Below, piece after piece: positions 24,637 to 36,049 of a stretch of DNA of 64,000 nucleotides (positions within the stretch are counted from its first letter, which is position 1; every line of letters begins with the position of its first letter). The stretch covers positions 96,288,001-96,352,000 of the forward strand of contig NC_087437.1 of NCBI RefSeq assembly GCF_036321535.1. Reading direction: 5' to 3'. The notes below the pieces were generated by a model. It was not told the origin of the DNA. It searched no databases and saw only the letters and a program-made list of their open reading frames with translations. Origin of the DNA: Camelus dromedarius (taxonomy: Eukaryota). A program made the translations under genes and the position numbers.

Positions 24637-26937
24637 TAACAGCGATGAAACACAAACAGGTTTGCTAGAAAACATTTTCTGGATGCAAGATCATCAAAAT
24701 GAAATAAAGAAGGACTCATTAAACATAGCACACTATTTTATATTCTCTAAGAATTAGGGAATCAAGATGCAGGAGGGTTCTCTCTCAAGTAATACTTTGT
24801 CACAACCATGATTTAGACCATCACTACTATTTTCATGTTCCATTTCTGAATTTGGATGTTATTTTCTTATCAATAATGGAATTTTAGTTTTTCCCTCAAC
24901 TTAATATTATACTTATAACCCCTTAGGTCAGTTCTGATTAGTTTACACCATGAGATAAATGTTTCTCAGCTTCCTAAATCAATTGTTCCAGAGGAACTGC
25001 CTCTAGACAAATTCAATCTCTTTGGTTTATAGCTACTTTCAAAATAATTTAGAAGTCCCCCCTGTAACTCCTGACATGTTTAGGGATCTCCTGTAGTTCT
25101 CATCATGTCTTTAGGGAAAACAGGGTAAATATTTCATAACACAGTCACATTTTGGTAAGTCTAATTGCTTGGGTAATGACACTAAACCTTTCAATTTCCT
25201 TCTGAAGGCAATATATACTGCTGTAATGCAACATTTTTCTGTTCCAAAGCTTGTGGTAGCTACAGAAAAAGAGAGATGAGTGTTTCTTTAAATAGAAGAG
25301 CTGTACTTGTGGGTTTTCAATGCTAATGTTCAGTGACCACTAATTTCATATCTTAGCAGGCAAAACTGTATTTTATTCATTACGGTGTAAAGCACATTTT
25401 CGGACCTTTATAGATGACTGCATGAAGTTTAAGGGCAAACTGATACTTGTCTAAGCTCCACAGGAGAGAAATTTGCATGCGTACTTTGAACAGTTTTATT
25501 TCTACTGTTCAATTCCTTTAATGAATTATGGGGTTTCTCCTGGTTTTGTTATTTGGGATTTCAAGCTGCTTAGTATCCACAGGAGTATTACCAGAGATTA
25601 CTCAGTACTCAGAGCCCTCTGGTACATATTCATAAAGCACACCTTAACACTCTAAATGTGATGGAAATCATAACATGGCTCTTTTTTGCATCGTGGCACT
25701 CCCATTACACCATGGGTGGCACATCTCAAAAGGCAAAAGAGGTTCTTTGGGATGTATGCTGGATTCTGATTCTGTCCTCGGGTATGTTCTGGAGTAATGA
25801 CCAGAAATAGGACCTTAACATATCATGCATAGATCCAGAAGATTGTTTTACTGGCACAAAAAAAAGGAATTTAAAATTCACAATTATCTTTTGTATTTAA
25901 GAAAAATCATGCAATATCTGCAATAGTGATTCTTTTATTCAAATATAGATAGATAGATAAACATCTGTAATAAATGTGTGTATAAGTACTTATGTATATG
26001 TCTGTGTACATGCATTTGTGTGCGTGTATAATAAATGTCTCCACATGAGACTTGAATGGGACTTTAGTGTCTTCTAAAGGAATGTTTAATTTTCTGGTAT
26101 CTTTGGAATCCCTGTTTTCCTCAGTTTTCTGTCACTGTATTTCTTTTTTAGTTTTCCACAGCTGCCCTGTAGTATTGTCCTTACTTTTGCTTTCTCGACC
26201 ATCTTTATCATGTCCAATCTTCTCCTTCCTAATGCCTTCGCCACTATGTCTGTAATACAGATCTAATCAGGTTTCAACCAATTAACTGAATTACTCCCAA
26301 GAGTCCCTTGGTTCTTATAGTTGAAGAAATCGTACTTGTGGGTTTTCGATGCTAATTATTGAATTAATATGATATTCATATCATATCATGAATACCATAG
26401 CAAAACAGTTTACTATATTTTTTTTCTAATTTTGATTGTGTGTGCATATAGCTGGCAAGCTTGTCTTTTTGTCATGAACTAAAACTGCAAATAGCTCCAC
26501 TGAAATTTCCTAAAGCAGAAAACAAGTGCAATGTCTTTACACTGCACTCTCTAATTTTTAAAAACCTTACCCTGGGTCATATACATAATAAATACTTGAT
26601 AAATGTATCACAATGGAATGAATGATAAACTTTAGGTGGATATAATCTCTCAAATAGATTTGGAGAAAGAGCAAGTTTTTACATTTTGATGAAAGGCAAA
26701 ATCCTATAAATACATATGAATAAAGCAGGTAAATTAATGTTTCAAAAGTTTTGTTTTTCTTCATAGCAAAGATTTCATATGAAAGACAAAACCAGAAAAC
26801 AAGACAATTCTAGTCTATCAATGCTCAGCACAAGTCATAAGTTAACTGTTCCTATACAGCCTGGTGTAATAAAAAAGTTTAAAAGCAAAGGAAAAGTAGA
26901 TATAAATAGCAATTTATAATTTAAAAGAGAGTTTTAC

Positions 26938-27058
26938 CAAAGACAGTCAGCTCTGCTGGATCGCTGTCTCTTTCTCCCACCATATTGGTGCCAACACAGG
27001 TGTACATCCCTGCATCACTTTTCCTGGTGTTGGAGATCATCAGTTTTCCACCACGGAT
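26938..27058 (-). CDS. ROBO2: ROBO2 coding exon (exon 4 equivalent), C-terminal half of Ig2
   Basis: ttttaacag|ATC CGT GGT GGA...GTC TTT G|gtaaaa translates to [40 protein letters not shown](E), with the Ig D-x-G-x-Y-x-C motif. 121 nt, phase 0 to 1, in frame with both neighbouring exons. Confidence 0.97.
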
Positions 27059-27069
27059 CTGTTAAAATT

Positions 27070-27137
27070 GAAAAAGGAAAGAAAAAGAAAGAAAAGAAAA
27101 GAAAATGAAAGGAAAAGAAACAAACAAAGAAAGAAAG
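27070..27137 (+). repeat. (GAAAA)n/(GAAA)n tract, the long polypyrimidine tract of the exon 4 acceptor on the minus strand
   Basis: Directly abuts the 3' splice site at 27059-27061. Confidence 0.9.
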
Positions 27138-27504
27138 GTCACTAATAAATAATTTTGAGTATTTAAGCATATTTTCTCCCTAAGGGAAATAGCTCAGTGT
27201 CTAAGACACAAAACTCTCCCACTGCTTTGGTATCTGCATGTGTCCTATCTTCTCTTAAATCCTGTCCTTTCTGCTCTTAAATCCCCCCTTGGTATAAGCC
27301 TCCGTGCTCCCTTTCTAGGTAATGCTTCTTTAAGGTCGTCTTCCTATTTCTCGCCTGGTCCTATCAGTCTTGTGACTGTCCCCGTCAAACCCCAGGGGTT
27401 AGTCTTCACTCTGATTCTGTTGAATGAGCTCCCATTGACATTTGTCACCAGAAAAGAGTTATTATCTGCTTTGGATAATATAATGAAATCCAACTGATCC
27501 AGAA

Positions 27505-27622
27505 GAATTCAGCAAGTATTTGTGGAGTACCTTTGGGGCTGGACAATGTTCTAGGCCCTTGAGTTTCAATAGTAAACCAAATAATAAAAATGTCTGCCTT
27601 TGTGGAGTTTACATTTCAGTTG
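27505..27622 (-). mobile_element. L2 3' end
   Basis: attcagcaagtatttgtggagtacct...tgttctaggcc...tctgcctttgtggagtttacatttcagt. Confidence 0.75.
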
Positions 27623-28179
27623 TTAGTATTAAAATTATCTTTGTCTCATCCTAATTGCATTTATGAGATAATTTTTGAAGAGGAGGTTGGGTTTGATAAA
27701 AACAAAGTTCTTAAAATGATGACTATGAGTTGGTACAAATCGTTGGCTTCTAATAGGTGCTCCATTAATGTTTCTTAAATGAGAAGCATTTATTGATTGA
27801 ATAAACAAATATGATAATGTTAAAATATCTGTTTGTTGAAGAGGACATTAAAGCAGAATTACGTTTTCAGTAAGTGTATCATCAACTTACAGCTTCTTTT
27901 CTGATTTTGAGGGCTTTTTTGGTATTTATCTAGTTCAACAATCTTAACTTTATAACGATTGAGTGTTCTTAAAGAGATATGAGGTAAGAACATGCTGGTT
28001 TCCTCCATTAATTTTTAATTTCAAAGGCAGACAGAACTTAAGCAGGTATGTTTTCATCAGACATATTTCAGGCTCTAAAACTTGTCATGTCATACAAAGG
28101 GATTTGCAACTTTTTTTTTTTAACATAGGAAGAAAATACCGTCAACCTGTTCTCAACTATATGCAGTGGAGCATAATGA

Positions 28180-28643
28180 ATGTTAGGCTATAAACCACAG
28201 AGGCCATTTTTCCTCCCCTGAAGATGAATGTGACAATATGACTTGATTTGACCAATGGAAATAAAGCAATGCTTCACCAGAAGAAAAGTGGTCACACACT
28301 GGGACTTGCTTTCTCTTGCTACAGTTGGAACCCTGAGACCACCATGGGAACCAGCCTGAGCTAGCCTGCTTGAAAATGAGGGGCCATGAGGTGAAAAACC
28401 AAGATGCCTGGCTGAGAGGCAGTCAATGGTCAGACATGTGAGTTAGGTTATCCTGGATTATTCAGCTGCCAGCACACCTTTAACAAGCCACGAAACCATG
28501 AGAAAACCTAGCAAAGATCAGCCAGGTTGTCCCAGAGCAAAGAACTGTCAGCTTCCCTACAGAATCATAGTGTAAATATAATGGTTATTAGAAGCCACTG
28601 TATTTTGGCATGGTTTGTTAAAAAGCAAAAGCTAAATCACACA
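28180..28643 (+). mobile_element. MLT1 (ERVL-MaLR) solo LTR, F/G-like
   Basis: tgacttgatttgaccaatggaa...cagcctgagctagcctgct...cagacatgtgagt...gaagccactgtattttggcatggtttgtta...gctaaatcacaca. Confidence 0.8.
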
Positions 28644-29814
28644 ATCATGAATCAGAAACCCTTGAACATTGATTTGACTCCATTACCGAGAGCACATTTT
28701 CATAAGTTTGGTATCCAAGCACAGACAATTGGGAGCCAAATTCTCCTTCCGTATAGGTCCTCGCAGTGTCAACAGTCCAAGCCAGAATCACATGGACACA
28801 CACTGTGATGTATGCGATACTCTTGCCTGGCCTCTCTGGCTCTGTGCTATGATGTAATCACAATGCATGTGTAAGAAAAAACCCTCAAACTTAAGACAAT
28901 TTAAAAGATAAGAGCCACTCAGACAATATGGACTTTGTGATAGAAATGACATATTTGTTCACTTAAATGTCATGACTTTAAATAAAATATATTCATTCTC
29001 AATTATTGTATTGAATATAAAAATTATACTAAAAACAATGTCAGAAGGCTGAGGCATTATCTACTATTTCAGTGGACTGTTTTCACTTACAAACTTCACA
29101 TACATGTTGAGTGGATCTTCTGAAAAAAATAAAATTATTGTATGCCATTCCCCTTAACCTTTTTACCCTTTCCTGGGTGTTTTATTTTGAATATTAATCA
29201 ACTGATTAACTTGATCAAGAATTTCCTTTGAAAACAGACTATTTTTCTATAAGAGCTAAATTGCAGAACCAGGTAGTCATTTTTCCACTGATTTTAATAT
29301 CTCTTCAACTTTTAACAAATTCAATGTGTAATATTTTAGATATAAATATTATTACATTGGAAAAATTGGAAAAGAGCTTGAAATACTTATCACTTCAAAT
29401 TATTTCCTCTTTTAATTTTGAAAGTAGTGCAAAAAGAAACGTTCTAGTTTATATGGTTTATAACCATCATTTATTTACAGTCATGTACTGCGTGATCAAA
29501 AGATACGTTTGGAGATCTTGAAACGAGGTTCAACGTCAATATTCCACTGCATAAGATATATCTACATATTCAGGTTGATGCAATTATTAATACATCATGG
29601 ACACTTGATTTATATAATTTTTGTCTCTTTGAAGCCTCATTTAGAAGTTTTTGGTTTTGGTTACCCTTTTTCAGTCCTTTCAATACAGTGTAAATGGTAA
29701 TTAGCACTCAAATACAGTTCTACAACTTTATTAACAATAAAGAAAAGAATAAAATACATCCAAGTTAAGACTGGATATTCAATCTTTCTAGGTGTTCATT
29801 TTAATTTAACTCAC

Positions 29815-29972
29815 ACTTATTCTTTCTTCCTTGTCGTCAATTCGAATTTTGTCTTTCTTCCAGTAGATGGTGGGCTCTGGGTGTCCCCGGGGAGGCTGGC
29901 ACTCCAGGATTGCAGGCTCTCCGGCTGCCACTACAACATCTGTGGGATTTTGCCGGAAGTCATCTCGTAACA
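29815..29972 (-). CDS. ROBO2: Roundabout guidance receptor 2, coding exon (human exon 3 equivalent), N-terminal half of Ig2
   Basis: Minus strand reads ttcttcag|TG TTA CGA GAT GAC...GAA AGA ATA AGT|gtgagt and translates to (L)[52 protein letters not shown], recognisable ROBO2 Ig2. 158 nt, phase 1 to 0, canonical AG/GT. Confidence 0.97.
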
Positions 29973-30901
29973 CTGAAGAAAAACAATTGGAGTAAAAGAA
30001 AACTCAGTGACAGTAACCTTAGCTTTCTCTTGCAAAGGGTGACTTCGAAATCTTACTTTATTCTAATAATATTTGCCAGGATATTTGCCGAGAACAAAGC
30101 CTGGCCCACTTTAGAATATTTTAGAGCCAACCTAACTGCTCATCAACAGGAGAATGGCTGACTATATGATCATGAATCTTTGCTATAAAATCTGATTAAA
30201 AAATGAGGTAAGTCAAAGGACAATAGGATAGGAAACATTCATGATATAGCTTTCAGATTTAATACAAATTCACAGTACCAAACAATTTATGTAGTATGAT
30301 CCTGTTTTCTATTAAAAATACACATATACATACATGTATATAAATACATTAAAATAAATTGCCACCTTATACTTAAAGCTCTGAAACAAGTCACGTGCAT
30401 GTGGTCTGGGAGCATGTATGCATGTCCGTCTGGGAGGGGAAGCAGGGTGAGAACTCTTTGAGAAAACCCTCTCTCATGACATGAATATGGACAAGATCCA
30501 CACTGTTTTCATTACTCTTCAGAAGATAGACTCATTGTTCACCCTTGCAACGCACTAGCACCCACATACACAGGGCTACATTTCCATTCTGTCTGCATCT
30601 CCACCTGCCAAGCGACATCTGGGCAGCGTGACATTCGAAGCAGAGATATCCCTTATAGCACTTTTGCCAGTCTGAATTTCCCCTCCTTTCATTAGGAGAA
30701 CAGCAGGTTGGACCTCCGTTGTAACCTCTGAAAATCTGGCATGCCTGGATCTCCAAATGTCACCTATCTATCTGTGTACTTCCCCTGGCAAGATGGAAAG
30801 CCTGGAGAAATGACTCGGTCCTCTCAGATTGCAGAATGCTGGCTTATTTAGTAAATAAGGACTATGTCTATTTTAGGGTAAACATTTGAAAAAGCAGTTG
30901 A

Positions 30902-31107
30902 GAAAACAGGTAAAGGAGATTAAGGTGTACAAACTACCAGTTACAAAATAAATAAGTTACAAGGATGTGATGTACAACACAAGGAATATAGTCAACATTT
31001 TATAACAACTTTGTATGGTGTGTAGTTTATAAAAATACTTGAATCACTATGTTGTATACCTGAAACTAATACAATATTGTAAGTCAACAATAATTCAATT
31101 TAAAAAA
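30902..31107 (+). mobile_element. 5'-truncated L1 3' end (L1MA9/laurasiatherian type) with target-site duplication
   Basis: gtacaaactaccagttacaaaataaataagt...gaatcactatgttgtatacctgaaactaatacaatattgtaagtcaac. Flanked by aaaaagcagttga (30889-30901) and aaaaagtagttga (31103-31115). Confidence 0.85.
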
Positions 31108-33648
31108 GTAGTTGAAACCAGTTAATATACCATAAACCATAAACCATAACTGCCTTTGCTTTTTGTTAATGCCTTGACTTTTCCTATTCTTTGATATTCT
31201 AACACTGACAAGTTTTTTTCCCCCCAAGTGTATCTTGGGGTTAAACAAACAATTATGCACGCACAAATAGTGTGCATATATGTCTCTCTCTCTATGTGTG
31301 TGTGTACATATATACACATTCACACACATATACATTTTATATATATAATTTGGTCAAGCTATTTGAAATCAAAACTGGGCAGCTGGGCTAGCCTGTTATG
31401 TAAATCATCTGCTGCAAATGTGGATTAGGTCAAACCAACTGCCTTTGATGTCCTGTAATGAGACCCACTTCAGCACTCTGCTTCTTTGTTGGGCCAAGTC
31501 TCTAGGTTAATTGTCATTCTCCAAATAAATAAAAGTTCTCTGTCCTGAAAATAGGTCCAGAGAGACAACTGAGTGACTTTTAGGCTTTTCTTTTCTTGTC
31601 TCTTGAAACAACATGGTTTTCCATCTTAATGAACTTATGGCCTTTTATGAGATTAGAGAACCTCGTCTCCTATTGAAGGAGCCATAAGAAAGAATTCCGC
31701 ACAAATTGCTCACTCTCAGTTTATATGCTGATTAATGTACCGCTTTCGCTGCTGAGGAAATGTGTTCCATTTTAGCACAGTGAACTGCACATTTTTTGGT
31801 TCTTTTGTCTAACTGGCAAGAAAGGTGTGATTTACATGCATAAAGATTTGCTTCTGAATGGGCTGAGAGAGTGTGTATTTAAATGTGATGTTAAAACAGG
31901 AGGGTAAGAAGGAGTTAACACTGTGGTTCCCTACTGCAGGTAAATCCTCAAGGGAGAGCAAGCTGGTGACTCATTTATATTCTAAATACAGAACAGCTGC
32001 CTATTTATGCAATGTTAAGACGTGCAAAAATATGGTAACAGGGTGGTGAGTACCCCTACAATATCCGGTACTGGCAACAAATGGTGTTTTGGCAGGCCCT
32101 CAATCTGTTCCAAAATGACACATCTGGCCAGTTGGAGGACCTTCTCCAGAACTGGTCCCCTAACAAATCACATGCCAAAAAGCCTCTGCTCAAATGGTAC
32201 TTAAGACCACTGTAAATCATTCAGAAACACACTATTACATCAATTTGCAACAAGCCAGATTAAGAGGGGGAAAAAAATGGTCCTTTGACATGGGGGACAA
32301 AAAAAGGAGAAAATATCATAACAAACTAAGGATTGCTGCTCTTAAACAATATAACATGTGTTTATGGCAGTCACAAAAAAAAAGAAAATGACTCCCATTT
32401 GCAAATGAAGCCAAGAAATCTAACATCAACTGTAATTTTAGGCTTTCAGACTATTCACCCAGCTAGTAGGGTGAGATAATAGTATAATTGGTACTGTACC
32501 CTCTTCAACTTGTAAAATGCTCTTTGGGGTTTGTATAGTAATTCATTTTTGCTTAGTGATACCATTTCTTTTATCCTAAGTCTTTGTGGGTAATAAAATG
32601 TGTTTCATCTCTCTCTCTCAGATAAAACATTCAAGAGACAAAAACAACCTTTTCAGGAGGTTCTAGCACAGCACACAGAGAACGTACTCTTAGGAAAAAG
32701 AAAAGTCATTTTTACGCTCCTTAAATTGTATAAATGTTCTGATAGGTGCTTAGATGTTTCTGAGGTTTGTATAATCCACTCATAAATGTAAACACAATAA
32801 CATGAAATATTCATTGTTTCTAATTTTTGTACTAATTATTCATTTCTGTCTTGGATTTTGCCCTGTGCTTTACTGCAAGTGATAAAGAATAGAAGGTGTT
32901 CTTTATAGTAAAGGATTCATGTATGTTAGGTAAAGAGAGCTAAAATAGTCTTATAAATGTAAAAAAACAAAGTGAGTCCAAATTTGAGTCTATATATATT
33001 TTTCTCAGTAAGCCCTTATTCTATAAAGAATTATAGAGAGCTATATTTTCACCGTGGTTTGACAAGTAAGGCAAAACAAGAACATGCAGCGATATGTGTA
33101 TTACCTAAAGCTCCAAACAGCTTTTTGAACAGGGTGAAGAGAAATAAACTTTGTGAACTAAAAAGAATCTGGTTGAAATGACAAAAGCTGGGAGGGTAGT
33201 AGTAAGTTATACTTGAAAAAAAAAAAAAAAAGATAAAATAGGTACAAATTTGGCATAGCACTTGTTTTCAGATCTATATTCAGAATACAAGGGTTCAAAT
33301 CTCCATCGGGGAAAAACAGAAATCGAACTGGCCAGAACCCAAATATTCATTTCTGTGTATGAGCAGAAAAGCACAAAGGAGGGTTTAATGAACTAATCAT
33401 AACCTGGATTTGCTTGGCATTCTTGTTTACATTGACAAGCACTGTGACTTAGAAAGTTATTCTGTAAGATTAGAAAATTCTGAATTACTGTGTGTTTGAG
33501 AAAATATAGTTCATATTTATGACATAAAGATTTGTAACAAATTGATTCAATTCTGCAGGAAGATACTGAAAATACTACAATATGCTTGGCGCTGTCGTAT
33601 AAAATGGTTAAGGAATACCGTGTAAAACAAGAATGACACAATTGTGTC

Positions 33649-34228
33649 TGTGGCAGGCTTTTTCTCTAATGTTCTTCAGTGATCTCTCCCTCCTGGTATT
33701 TATTTCTTTGTGTCAGCCCCTCCTCTTGACTGTGGGCTGGACCCGGTAACATGTTTTTAATGAAGTGATGGACTGTCACTGCCAAAATTAGGTTATAAAA
33801 GCTTGTAACATACATCTTTTTGGCTCTCTTTGTCTTTCTGTCTGTCTCCCTCTTTCTCCTCATGGCCATCCTCTGATCATGCAAGATACCTTGTTGCTGG
33901 ATGGAGAGGCCCCTCTGGCAATGACCTGAAGGCAGCGTCCAGCCAACAGCAAGCAAAGAATTGAGCCCTCAGTCCAACATCCCTTGAGGACCCAGATCTT
34001 GCCAACAACCATTTAAATTTGGGAGCAAAAGCTTCTCCAGTTGAGGTTTTACATGAGACCACAGCCCTGATCAACATCTTCATTGAAGCTTTGTAAGAGA
34101 TCACACAGCAGAAGACAAGTTTGCTCATACCTGGGTTCCTGACCCACAGACAGTGAGAGAAGAAACATGTGCTGCTTTAAGCTACTAAATTCTGTGGCAA
34201 TTTCATACAGCAGTAGGTAACTAATATA
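33649..34228 (+). mobile_element. Full-length MLT1E-like MaLR solo LTR
   Basis: Begins tgtggcagg and ends ...cagcagtaggtaactaatata. Internal cagccaacagcaagcaaagaattgagccctcagtccaaca. 5-bp TSD gtgtc (33644-33648) / gtgcc (34229-34233). Confidence 0.85.
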
Positions 34229-35024
34229 GTGCCCTAAAAGAGCTTCACATCTAGGTGTCCCTTTAGAGCTGACCTCTTTGACTCCTGCTTCTTCTCAACC
34301 CCACATTCATTCACTCACCAAGTTTTCTCCCTTCTGTCCTAAATCAATAGTTCTCAAAAATTATTTTTTGCCTCAATCAACAAAGCCAAGGCAGATCTTT
34401 ACTTAGACATTTCCATCTTATTTTATTAAAATAGATTAGCAATAACAATGAGATGAGACTGCATAATTAACAGATTTCTGAAATACATGATTCTGATTTT
34501 CAATGTACACATGCTTCCAAGCAGTTATTAGAAATGGAGAGCCTAAAAATATTACTGGTGAAAAGTATTCACCTACACCACTGGATAAAGAAAACTATCC
34601 ACATAAAGAAACTAATTTGATCATGAGAGGGGTAATTTACAAAGAAATTGTCATGAAAACCCATGCTTAGCTGCAGGTGAAATGTCTAGCAAATCAAAGC
34701 AACACTGAACACAAGGCTTCTTTGTGAGCAGGATTTCTCTGTGCACAGGGTCTGACAGAGCTGTGTGGCATGAGACTTCACAGTCAAAAACTGACCCCTG
34801 GTTCCAAGCAATACTTATCTGGCATGCATTTTGGTGTACAAGTGCAAAATTTGAGTAAATCTTGATACTTAGAGGAACTGTCATAAGCCCTTAGTCATGC
34901 ATATAGATAACAGATGAAATTACATGCTGCCTTTCAGTAAGGATTTTTTACAAACTTGTTTTTCTGGACCAGTTAGCCTCATACACAATAACACTTTGCT
35001 CTCCCTATTTTAAAAGCAACTGCC

Positions 35025-35185
35025 TTACAATAATAGCTAATATTTAATGAGTATACACTATGTGTAAAACCTGGCACCATGGATATGTAATAGGCCATTT
35101 AGAATGACCTATTTTGATAGGAAGTACAGAGTATGAACCCTGCATGTCTGACATTAGACTCTACACACAGTCATTAGGCTACACT
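35025..35185 (-). mobile_element. MIR fragment
   Basis: aataatagctaatatttaatgagtatacactatgtgt...tatgaaccctgcatgtctgacattagac. Confidence 0.55.
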
Positions 35186-35194
35186 GATTTGTAA

Positions 35195-35710
35195 TAGCAT
35201 CTACATCTATTTATCTTGTCCCACTGCCCTAGTTCACAATGTCCTCATCTCTGCCTTGAATTACTAAAAGAGTATCCTATTTGAACTTTTTCTCTGATTC
35301 CTCTTTTAAACTCTCTATTGTGGCTATTATGAGTTTGCCAAAGTGTAAATACGATCGCGTCAATTCCGTTTTTACAACTTTTTAAATGGCTTTTAAGATA
35401 AAATTCTCTTCTGAATGTCATTTCAAATGTTGCATAGAATCAAGACCCTGTCACATTTCCAGGCTCATCACAAACGTTTCTGCAACTCTCCTGCCCTAGA
35501 CATACAGAGTAACATCTAGTTACCAATGTACATTAGCATATGTAGCCTTCCTGCTTGAAAATTTCCCTGATACCCCTTTGTTCTCTGAATCCTCTTTCTT
35601 TCTTCAAACACATACTGTTCCTTTGGTGTCAGCTTTGGACTCACTCATCTGAAAATATTTTTCTTTTATACTAACACTGGGCTAGGTAACCCTCCAAAGG
35701 GCCCCCATCT
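35195..35710 (+). mobile_element. L2 fragment
   Basis: cccactgccctagttcacaatgtcctcatctctgccttgaattacta...ccttcctgcttgaaaatttccc. Confidence 0.6.
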
Positions 35711-36049
35711 TGAAGGCCATTGGACAAGCTCATCCAGCATACTTGATAGGTTGACTGAATTGATGAACTCTTTGGGGGGTGTTGCAGTCTTTTTCTTATT
35801 ATATAAAATAGACCACAATGTTTTAATTTGATTTCAAAATGTCATTTCTGAAGAACAATTTAAGTTGGTAGGATTTAAGAGACAGTGCACTCAACTTGCC
35901 TACCTACAAGCTCGTATATCTATAAAATAAAAGCCGGGCAGTTCAAGAAGGTCAGAAATCAATCACTCAGAGAAGCAACATATTTATATGCAACCAATAA
36001 AACTGTTAGCACAAATGACAGTATATCATAGTGAATATTACAATGGACT

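Larger units (their letters stand above)
16072..26937 (-). other. ROBO2: ROBO2 intron 4 (10866 nt)
   Basis: GTAAAA donor at 26937-26932 and AAG acceptor at 16074-16072. Confidence 0.92.
27059..29814 (-). other. ROBO2: ROBO2 intron 3 (2756 nt)
   Basis: GTGAGT donor at 29814-29809 and CAG acceptor at 27061-27059. Confidence 0.93.

Noticed and set aside
24356..24731. Four overlapping ORFs with KERK / FFLS repeats
   Set aside because: They are translations of the stop-free (GAAA)n microsatellite.
29910..30161. 83-aa + strand ORF
   Set aside because: Overlaps ROBO2 exon 3 in antisense, has a non-ATG start and no recognisable protein features.
33666..34128. ORFs of 96 and 83 aa
   Set aside because: Both lie inside an MLT1 LTR and are chance frames.
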